Shown one piece after another: positions 56,589 through 64,000 of a stretch of 64,000 nucleotides of DNA (the stretch's first letter is position 1; each line of letters starts with the position of its first letter). The translations under genes were made by a program, and so were the position numbers. The notes beneath the pieces are model-generated. The model had not been told where the DNA came from and ran no database searches. It worked only from the letters and a program-made list of their open reading frames with translations. Source of the DNA: Acidobacteriota bacterium (GTDB lineage Bacteria > Acidobacteriota > UBA6911 > RPQK01 > JAJDTT01); assembly GCA_965263035.1 (NCBI GenBank), contig OZ253580.1:2112001-2176000 (forward strand), given 5' to 3'.

Positions 56589-58160
56589 CTACATCCGGAA
56601 CCGAATGGAATACAGGTCCGCGTCCTTCACGGCGAACCGCAGCCGAACGGGTTTTCCCGACAGCGAACCCAGGTCGCTTCCAGCCCGCCAAGTGACGACC
56701 CGTTCGATTTCGTCTCCGACGATCTCCACACAGTCGGCCAGCCCAAAGCCTTCCGTGGGCCTTCCCTGAACGTCTTGAACCTCCACCCGGAGGCTTCCTG
56801 GCGCCGAAGTGGCGCAGTTGAGCACCAGTTCCCGCCCCTCGAAGATGAGGGGCCGCGTCAGCAGCTCCCCGCCGGAATAGGGCCCGTTCACCGACGCGAA
56901 TCCGTCAATGCGGAGAGCGCCCCTTCGCAGCCGAACCGACGGGTGCCGGTAGTGCTCGATGTAGTAGATGGACATCTCCGCCGGTCCCGTGGGCACGACC
57001 CCGACCCCCTTGTACATGTTCCGGTCGGTCCAGTTGTCCGGGTCGGGTCCCGGCCGCAGGAACGCCTCCATGAAGCGCCGGTCCCAGTGGATCCCGTCGC
57101 GGCTGGTCATGAACACGCTCTCGGAAATCCCGCTCGCGGTCCAGTCCTCACGGACCTTGCGCTCCGGAAAGAAGCGCTTGGGGAACATGAGGTAGAGGTG
57201 GGGCGCCCGGTAGTACAGGCTGCAGGCGTTCATGTAGAGGTGCTCGACGGGTGAATCGCCCAACTCGATGAATTGTGGCTTGGACCAGTTTCTGAAGTCC
57301 GACGAGACGCTACGCCGGATGGAGCGGATTCCGGGCGGGTAGGTCTCGAAGACTCCGAACCGCGGGTCCATGCCCCGCATGTAGGCCACGTACTGCCCGA
57401 GATTCGAGTCCCACAGGGCCGTGTTGTGGGAGTCGAAATGGGGCCAGTGGTCGTCGCCGGGGGCGGTGAGGATGGGGTCCTTGTCCAACACCGTCCAGTG
57501 AAGTCCGTCCGGCGAGACCAGGCCGCGGAGCGTCCCGGGCGGGTCGAACCCGGACGAGAGGCCGATGGCCTTGTAGCGCTCCGACTCGGGCGCCGCCGGG
57601 TTGCCGTCCTTGAAGACACACACGTGCTTGGCCGTACTTCCGTGGATCACGATGTTGTTGTCTCTGGACGGTTCGAACCCGCGGATGCCCCGGGCTTCAT
57701 GGATCCCCAAGACCGGCCTTTCCCAATGGATGCCGTCGCGGCTCTCGGCGTAACAGGTGCACGGCTCCGGCCGCCGATCGGCCCGGATTCCGTCCCATAC
57801 GCCGCCTCCCCGGTACCAGAGCCGGTAGCGGTCTCCCTCCGTCATGTAGACCGGGGCGTAACTCAAGGGGCCCTCCCAGGGGCGGTCGAACTCGAGGACC
57901 ACCTCCCGGGGTACGGGGCGGTGCAGCTTCAGCTCCACCCCCTTCATGGTCTCGATCAGCCAGTCGTCCACGAACAGCTCGAGCTTGGACCCGATCTCAC
58001 GCACTTGCGGGGATGACCCACGGGCGCCGGACGCCGACAGCCGTATCGGTTGAATCAACGCCAACGACCCGAAACCGAGCGAGGACGCCCTCAAGAAGTC
58101 TCTGCGGGACCTGGTCCGACGCCGTCGCCGGTCGAGTGCCTCTTGCATCCCTGGAACCAT
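56589..58160 (-). CDS. Tat-exported glycoside-hydrolase-like beta-propeller protein (paralogue 7)
   Basis: SRRDFL; IGSKLELFVDDWLI; DRPWEG; YAESRDGIHW; FDSHN; FPKRF; LRIDGF. Confidence 0.82.
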   Translation of the reverse strand: MVPGMQEALDRRRRRTRSRRDFLRASSLGFGSLALIQPIRLSASGARGSSPQVREIGSKLELFVDDWLIETMKGVELKLHRPVPREVVLEFDRPWEGPLSYAPVYMTEGDRYRLWYRGGGVWDGIRADRRPEPCTCYAESRDGIHWERPVLGIHEARGIRGFEPSRDNNIVIHGSTAKHVCVFKDGNPAAPESERYKAIGLSSGFDPPGTLRGLVSPDGLHWTVLDKDPILTAPGDDHWPHFDSHNTALWDSNLGQYVAYMRGMDPRFGVFETYPPGIRSIRRSVSSDFRNWSKPQFIELGDSPVEHLYMNACSLYYRAPHLYLMFPKRFFPERKVREDWTASGISESVFMTSRDGIHWDRRFMEAFLRPGPDPDNWTDRNMYKGVGVVPTGPAEMSIYYIEHYRHPSVRLRRGALRIDGFASVNGPYSGGELLTRPLIFEGRELVLNCATSAPGSLRVEVQDVQGRPTEGFGLADCVEIVGDEIERVVTWRAGSDLGSLSGKPVRLRFAVKDADLYSIRFRM

Positions 58161-58305
58161 TGTTGACCCGGAAGAACTGGGCCGGGTTTCCCTACCCCGA
58201 CTCGTTATCGTCGTAAGTATAGAACGTGAAACGTCCGATCAGAACCAAGGATTTACGAGGATATCCGACAATGGCGAAGAGTCGGCGCTTCAGGGTCGGG
58301 GTTGA

Positions 58306-58364
58306 GGAGGGGGACAGGAATGTCCCCCTCCCATGAAGAGGGGGACAAGGATGTCCCCCCTCCC
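58306..58364 (+). repeat. Two tandem REP-like hairpins GGGGGACA-N4-TGTCCCC; may act as terminator of the TonB receptor gene
   Basis: Copies at 58306-58331 and 58338-58364, immediately after the receptor stop. Confidence 0.7.
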
Positions 58365-58366
58365 AT

Positions 58367-61300
58367 TCAGAACGAGAAGCGGAAGCCCAACTGGATCTGG
58401 CGCGCCGTCGCCGCACTGCTCACGCGGGCCGCGCTCGAGCGGTCTATCCTGCCTTCCGGCGCGTTGAAGATAGCGGTGTTCAATGCGTTGAAGAACTCCA
58501 CTCGGAAGTCCACGGACTTATGCTCCCCGATGGCGAACCCCTTGTGTAGAGAGAAATCCACTATGGGCACACCGTCGTACCTTAACGGCCACGGCGACGC
58601 ATTGCCCAGAGCCAGAGAGGCGGCCTGGTGGCAGTATTGGGCCCCTCCGCACAGACTGCTGTCGTATTTAGGCAACACAAAGGCACTGACGTCGAACCAC
58701 CGTTCCACGGTCGCACCACCACCCAGACTTCCGTCGCGAATTCGGTCCGGCCGGGTGCCGGAGCGCCGGCCCTGGTTCCACAGATCCCGGTTCACGCGGA
58801 CTTCAAACAATGCACCCGTGGTCAGGGTGACGATCCCCGTCGCTTCCCAGCCACCCAGAAGCGTTTTCTTCAGTCCGTCCGCGTTGCGGAAGAACGGAAG
58901 CTCCCAGATGGTCGAGTTGTAGAAAGTGTGGGTCCGATCCCAGCGCATGGGCGACTTCAGGCGGCCGCGCTCGAATTCCAGGGAATTGCGCCCGTCGAGC
59001 CAGACCCCGTTGATGTTGAGGGCCATGCCCTTGCCCCAGGTGTAGCCCATCGACATGGCCAGCCCGTCCTGGAAGCGCCGTTCCAGCTTGGCCTGCAGGG
59101 AGTCGTAGTGCATGTTCCCATCAGGCCGCATCAGGATGTTGGGTCTCAGTTGGGGGTAGGGCCGGCGAGCCCGCTGCCCACTCCAGGACCGGGGCGCCGT
59201 GTCGCCGGGAATCCAAGCGCGCGGTCCGGCCGTGACCGTGGCGGAGCTGGCGTGCAGTGTGCCGCCGCCCACCAGGGTCTGCATATAGCCTTCCGGTTGG
59301 GCCACGTTGTGGGGGAGGGAATTTCGAATGTGTCGCGCCTGGTTCCCCACGTAGGCCACTTCCAGCTTGGTGCCCTGAAAGATCTCGTGCTGGAGGGACA
59401 GGTTGTAGGAGTAAACCTGTCCTTCTTCCCAATCCAACTCCGGCAGGTAGCAGGTCCGGTACTCACCCACCGCCGTCTGCGTCGGCAGCTCCAGCCGCTT
59501 TCCGAGGAACAGGTTCGGTACTTCCGTTCCCCTCCGCAGGATGCTGCTGATCGTGCCTGTGGCGGGAAGAAGCGTCCTGCCTCTGAGAACCCCGATCTCC
59601 TGGTCGTAGGTCAGGCCCGCTCCCAAGCGCAGGACCGTCCGGTTGGTTCCGAACATCCTCCACGCCAATCCGAAGCGCGGCGCGAAGTAGCGCCACTTGG
59701 CCTTGAAGCAACCCCGTGTGTCCAGATTCCCGAAGGGCATGGCCAGACCGGTCGGGCCTTGGAACCGCTCGATGTCGAAACCCTTCGGCATCATCCGCAC
59801 CGGGTCGATGCGGCCGTTGGCCTGCGTGTAGTCGAAAGCGCAGTAGTAATAGTCGGTGGGATAGCCGCCGTCGGGGGTGCCTCCGTAGTAGGGCGGCCGC
59901 GGCTGCTCCCACCTGACGCCCAGGTTCAGGGTCAGGTCCGGCCCCAGCTTCCAGTCGTCGTTGACGAACCAGTTGTAGTGGCTCATGTCGAAGTGGGTGT
60001 AATAGAAGGAGTTGCCTTGGTTGTTGCCGGTCACCGAGGAGGGCAGCCCCAGCGCGAAGTCGGCCCAGGGCTCTCCGAAGGTGGCGCCGGTAACGCCGCC
60101 GGCCTCGTTCCGTCTGATCTGGCCGGTGGCGTACCCGTCGAACTGGTCTCTGCCGCCGCTGTAGGCGATCGCGCGGTTGCCCTCCACGTCCAGGTTGCGG
60201 CTGTGCTCGATGCCGAATTTCAGGTAGTGGTTCCCCTTGCGCCAGGAGGCGGAGTACTTCGCCGACCATCCCCAGTCCGTCCGAGGCGACACCGTCGTTC
60301 CCCGCCAGCCCGTGTAATTGGAGGGTTCGATGCGCGGCAATCCACCCGGTCCCCGGCTTCCATCCGGGTAGTAGGACACATGCAGGTGCCCGTCGTCGTA
60401 GCCCAGGTCCTCGGCCCAGTTCCGGTCCTCCAGCGGAACCGAGATCAGCCAGGAGAAACTCCAAATAGAGGCGCTGAGTTCCGTCACCAGGCTCGACCCC
60501 ATGGGATTGACCCAGCTCATGGCCGTCTGCCAGCCATGGGACCGGTCTTGAAACTGCCGGCTGACCCCATGGAGTTCGGCGCCCGGGACTCCGTACCTTC
60601 CCGTGTGCACCGTCTCCGGAGAATTCTGCCAACTGAAGCGGGCAAAGATCGTGTCGTCGGTGGCGAAGTGGTGATCTCCCCGGATGGAGTACTTGTTGAC
60701 CCGGCTGTTGCGAGTGTTGGGGTAGCTGTAGTTCTGGTCGGTGGCTCCGGCCACGTTGGGCGCCGGCGGTGGAATCAGCTCCATCGCCTTCAGGTAGACC
60801 GGGCTCATCATGCTCTGGGGAATCCGGTTGTTGGGGAAGGGTTGCCGCTCTCCACCCGCCACATCAAAGGGGTTGTAGAGCTGAGGAATCGTTCCGCCGG
60901 CTCCGGCGCCCGAGAAGTCTCCCCCGGTCATGGCCGCCGAAGGGACCGTCAGGAAACCGACGGTCTCGAAGTCGTCGATGAAGCGCTCGTAGTGGGCGTG
61001 GAAGAAGGTCCGGTCCTTGATGATGGGGCCGCCCATGGATCCGCCGAAGATCTGATAGTTCACCGGCAGCTTGCCGGACCCGGTCCGGTTGGTGAAGAAA
61101 TTGGCCGCATCCAGGCGCTCATCCCGGAAGTAGTACCAAGTGTGACCGTGGAACTCGTTGGTCCCGCTCTTGGAGAGCATGCTGATCACGGCCCCACCTA
61201 CGCGACCGTACTCGGCCGAGTAGTTGTTGGTGATGATCTTGAACTCCTGCACCGTCTCCGGTGTGGGCTGGACCACGGGCCTCTGGGTGACATAGCCCTG

Positions 61301-61933
61301 GTTATTGGCCCCGTCCAGTGTGATCTGGTTGGAGTGGGCGTAGAGCCCGTTGAAGGAGGGATAGCCGCCGCCGTAGGCGTACATTTGTTGAGCGTACCCG
61401 ATCTCGGACCGCTCCTGGACGCCACCCGTGGTCAGATAGGCCAGCTTCACAAGATCCCGTCCTCGAATGGGCAGGTCCAGGATTTTCCTCTCCTCGATCA
61501 CCGCCCCGACCTCGGCCGTGGCCGTATCTATGATTGTCGTCTGACCCGTGACCGTCACCTGCTCGGCAATCTCACCCGGCGTCAAAGTGAAGTCGACCCG
61601 GGCCACCTGGGTCACCTCCAGACGCACACCCAGGGAGACCTGGGTCTTGAAGCCCGGGAGCTCCACCTTCAGGTCGTACCGGCCCGGAATGAGCTTGTCG
61701 ATGAGGTAGTTTCCCCGGTCGTCGGTAACCGCCAGACGCGGCACATTCGTGGCCGTGGCCGTGGCCTCGACTTCGACTCCGGGCACCACGGCGCCGGTCT
61801 GGTCCGTGACCGTCCCCAGCAGCCGTGCATAGGTGGTGGCTTGTCCGTATACCGGTGCGGACGCCAACGCGGCGGCCAGCGCCAGGAATGCCATCGCCGG
61901 ACACCATTGCCTCTTCGATACCTGAGCCATCAT
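58367..61933 (-). CDS. TonB-dependent receptor, Oar-type, with carboxypeptidase-regulatory-like N-domain
   Basis: GTVTDQTGAVVPG; VQEFKIITNNYSAEYGR; KSGTNEFHG; DDWK..LTLNLGVRWE; terminal RQIQLGFRFSF. Confidence 0.95.
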   Translation of the reverse strand: MMAQVSKRQWCPAMAFLALAAALASAPVYGQATTYARLLGTVTDQTGAVVPGVEVEATATATNVPRLAVTDDRGNYLIDKLIPGRYDLKVELPGFKTQVSLGVRLEVTQVARVDFTLTPGEIAEQVTVTGQTTIIDTATAEVGAVIEERKILDLPIRGRDLVKLAYLTTGGVQERSEIGYAQQMYAYGGGYPSFNGLYAHSNQITLDGANNQGYVTQRPVVQPTPETVQEFKIITNNYSAEYGRVGGAVISMLSKSGTNEFHGHTWYYFRDERLDAANFFTNRTGSGKLPVNYQIFGGSMGGPIIKDRTFFHAHYERFIDDFETVGFLTVPSAAMTGGDFSGAGAGGTIPQLYNPFDVAGGERQPFPNNRIPQSMMSPVYLKAMELIPPPAPNVAGATDQNYSYPNTRNSRVNKYSIRGDHHFATDDTIFARFSWQNSPETVHTGRYGVPGAELHGVSRQFQDRSHGWQTAMSWVNPMGSSLVTELSASIWSFSWLISVPLEDRNWAEDLGYDDGHLHVSYYPDGSRGPGGLPRIEPSNYTGWRGTTVSPRTDWGWSAKYSASWRKGNHYLKFGIEHSRNLDVEGNRAIAYSGGRDQFDGYATGQIRRNEAGGVTGATFGEPWADFALGLPSSVTGNNQGNSFYYTHFDMSHYNWFVNDDWKLGPDLTLNLGVRWEQPRPPYYGGTPDGGYPTDYYYCAFDYTQANGRIDPVRMMPKGFDIERFQGPTGLAMPFGNLDTRGCFKAKWRYFAPRFGLAWRMFGTNRTVLRLGAGLTYDQEIGVLRGRTLLPATGTISSILRRGTEVPNLFLGKRLELPTQTAVGEYRTCYLPELDWEEGQVYSYNLSLQHEIFQGTKLEVAYVGNQARHIRNSLPHNVAQPEGYMQTLVGGGTLHASSATVTAGPRAWIPGDTAPRSWSGQRARRPYPQLRPNILMRPDGNMHYDSLQAKLERRFQDGLAMSMGYTWGKGMALNINGVWLDGRNSLEFERGRLKSPMRWDRTHTFYNSTIWELPFFRNADGLKKTLLGGWEATGIVTLTTGALFEVRVNRDLWNQGRRSGTRPDRIRDGSLGGGATVERWFDVSAFVLPKYDSSLCGGAQYCHQAASLALGNASPWPLRYDGVPIVDFSLHKGFAIGEHKSVDFRVEFFNALNTAIFNAPEGRIDRSSAARVSSAATARQIQLGFRFSF

Positions 61934-62267
61934 TTTTCCCTCCTCACGGCGGACGCCAACTATTTCGGGCTGGTGCGAGGTATCGAAGCCGTCTTGCGGT
62001 GGGTTGGGACGGATTCTCTACCCCGGATTTGTTGTTGATGGTAAAGGATGATTTATTTAATCGCAATAACCAATTAGAGCGATGCAGGTTCGGGACTCCG
62101 TAACCATTTGAAACAAAACAGCTAATAAATACTCAGCCAGAGATCGGATGGCCAACATTCAACCTGAAAAATTGGATGACTCCGGCTGGGCGCTCACTTT
62201 ATTGCGTTGACCCCGGTGGAACCGAGGGGTAGACTTGCCAAAATAAAATCCACTGCGGGGTAACCAG

Positions 62268-63818
62268 ATGCCCACCCTTTCCACCACTTTCTTTCTCCGC
62301 CTGGGAGCGATCGTGGCCTTGGCTGCGACCGGGATCCTGCTGCGGGACGCCCCGGACATGAACGCTTCCATCGGTGCGGGCTTCGACCCGGACGAGCGGT
62401 TCGTCCTGGAGTCCAATCTGCCCACCGGCCAGTTCTCCTTCGAAGTCCTGGAGCAGGGGAGCCGGGTTCACCTGCCCTCCCGTCTCTACTTCGCCCACGC
62501 CGACGGGCGCCCGGAAGTGCCCGTCGTGGGCCGCTTCCAGAACTTCCTGGTGACCGCCACCGGCCGTGAACTCAAGACCCTTCCCGCGGGTGAGTACGAC
62601 GTTTACGTCACCCGGGGCACCGAATACACCCTGGACCACCGGAAGGTCTCGATCTCCGCGGGACAGAGAACCCACCAGAACTTCACGCTCTCCCGAGTCG
62701 TGGACACCTCGGGTTTCATCTCCTCGGACTTTCACATGCATTTGACGTTTGCCATGCGGGACGGAGCGATCGTGTCCGCGGCTGAGGGGCTGGATCTGCT
62801 GACCGCCACCGATCACAACGTTCTCAAGGACTACGCTCCTCATATTCGGGAGTTGAATCTGGAGCCGTTCCTAAGTTCGGTCGTGGGCGCCGAGATCGAC
62901 ACGGTCTTCGGCCACTTCAACAGCTTTCCCTTGTCGGTGAACATTTGGGCGGAGAGGACTTTCCGGCATGCCATCCGTACGCCGGGGGAGTTTCTACGTC
63001 TCGTGCTTACGGACCCGGGAGATGAAATCGTCCAGATCAACCATCCACGAGGGAATCCGCCCAAACCGAGGAGTCGATACTTCGACGCCCGGTTGAATCC
63101 CGAGACCTCAGAAATCGAGTACCCCTACTTCGAGTACGGGTTCGACCAGGTGGAGATCTTCAACGCCAAGACCGACAGGGACAGAGAGAAAAACCATTAC
63201 GGCCGCACGCCCCTGGTGGATCAGAAGCTCAAGGACTGGTACAGCCTCATGAACCGGGGCATCTTCATGACGGGCGTCGCCAACACCGATGCCCACGGGT
63301 ATCCTCGCGAGCTTCCCGGCTATCCTCGAAACTACGTCCTCTCGGAGACGGACAACCCCTGGGAGATCGACCCTGCGCGGGTGGTCGACGCTCTCAAGAG
63401 CAGGGCCTCCACGGCCTCCTTCGGGCCCGTGATCCGCTTTTCCGCCGGAGACGGGAGCCCCGTGGGTTCCCAGCTCGCCGCCAGGCAGGAAGGCACGATG
63501 CTCCACATTCAGGTTCAGGCAGTCCCCTGGGTCCCGGTGGAGCGGGTCGAGTTGATCGCCAACGGCAAGCTGATTCGAACCTTCCCGGTGGAGAACCGCT
63601 CGGAGGTCGTGCGCTTTGACCAGGACGTGACTGTCCGACCCGAGAAGGACACCTGGTACGTGGTGCTGGCGACCTCGGATGGGAGGTGGGATGCCCCCTT
63701 TTCCCACTTCAGTTCCTTCTCCTTCACCAACCCCATCCTCCTGGATGTGGACGGCAACGGCTACTTCGATCCTCCCAATCCGGGCGATCCCGGCACCCCT
63801 CCAGAGCCGAAAAAGTAA
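62268..63818 (+). CDS. CehA/McbA-family PHP-like metallohydrolase
   Basis: RGTEY, SSDFHMH, TDHN, GAE...GHFN, INHP, EIFN and NTDAH. Confidence 0.88.
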   Translation: MPTLSTTFFLRLGAIVALAATGILLRDAPDMNASIGAGFDPDERFVLESNLPTGQFSFEVLEQGSRVHLPSRLYFAHADGRPEVPVVGRFQNFLVTATGRELKTLPAGEYDVYVTRGTEYTLDHRKVSISAGQRTHQNFTLSRVVDTSGFISSDFHMHLTFAMRDGAIVSAAEGLDLLTATDHNVLKDYAPHIRELNLEPFLSSVVGAEIDTVFGHFNSFPLSVNIWAERTFRHAIRTPGEFLRLVLTDPGDEIVQINHPRGNPPKPRSRYFDARLNPETSEIEYPYFEYGFDQVEIFNAKTDRDREKNHYGRTPLVDQKLKDWYSLMNRGIFMTGVANTDAHGYPRELPGYPRNYVLSETDNPWEIDPARVVDALKSRASTASFGPVIRFSAGDGSPVGSQLAARQEGTMLHIQVQAVPWVPVERVELIANGKLIRTFPVENRSEVVRFDQDVTVRPEKDTWYVVLATSDGRWDAPFSHFSSFSFTNPILLDVDGNGYFDPPNPGDPGTPPEPKK

Positions 63819-64000
63819 TCGAAGCGTCGGGCAAGAGTCTGCGGCGAGATGCCAGTGAAAGACCATATCCGACCGAACAGGCTGAAGTTGCAGGGAATCT
63901 GGCGGAAAAGCGAAAGCAGATCCGGAAATTATTTCAGTCGGCTTGTGACTCGGCGACCGCATGCCGTCTGGAACTTGGTGATTGGTGCTTTTTTGCCATT

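Noticed and set aside
58194-58302. AT-richer stretch bounded by ACCCCGAC/GTCGGGGT as a third MITE
   Set aside because: Only an 8-bp inverted repeat, no target duplication and no second copy in the window
58628-62038. 1136-aa plus-strand ORF, and similar long antisense ORFs (e.g. 30048-32297, 8537-10327, 14333-15952)
   Set aside because: Shadow frames of GC-rich genes; no recognisable motifs and fully overlapped by well-supported genes on the other strand

Overview
GC-rich bacterial window; the gene complement (Oar-type TonB receptor, CRTAC1/ASPIC-UnbV, CehA/McbA, many Tat-signal oxidoreductases) suggests Acidobacteriota, which is inference only. Positions 1-8.2 kb are the right end of an integrative island: a P4-like tyrosine integrase, an AlpA-type excisionase/regulator and a type I-E CRISPR-Cas operon (cas3-cas8e-cas11-cas7, running off the left edge). 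The island boundary is a perfect TGGCGGA-N7-TCCGCCA core site inside the last codons of a SelA-like PLP enzyme gene, not in a tRNA. Between cas3 and cas8e lies a degenerate antisense I-E mini-array with 2-3 repeats and one 20-nt spacer, resembling CreA/CreR-type regulatory crRNAs. The remainder is host chromosome, dominated by secreted carbohydrate/sulfate-ester catabolic genes: seven paralogues of an uncharacterised glycoside-hydrolase-like beta-propeller family, two sulfatases, FG-GAP proteins, a BNR/sialidase-like protein, an SSS symporter and a TonB receptor. There is also a housekeeping block (queC, yyaL-like, rdgB, rph, GerMN, amidase, lpxC, ThiF/MoeB) and two small TA-like pairs. Small mobile repeats are abundant. 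A 158-bp palindromic MITE occurs three times, once inserted in-frame (54 aa) in a sulfatase. A second 159-bp palindromic MITE has a CTAG duplication, and there are three REP-like hairpin families. No tRNA, rRNA or full-length CRISPR array was recognised.
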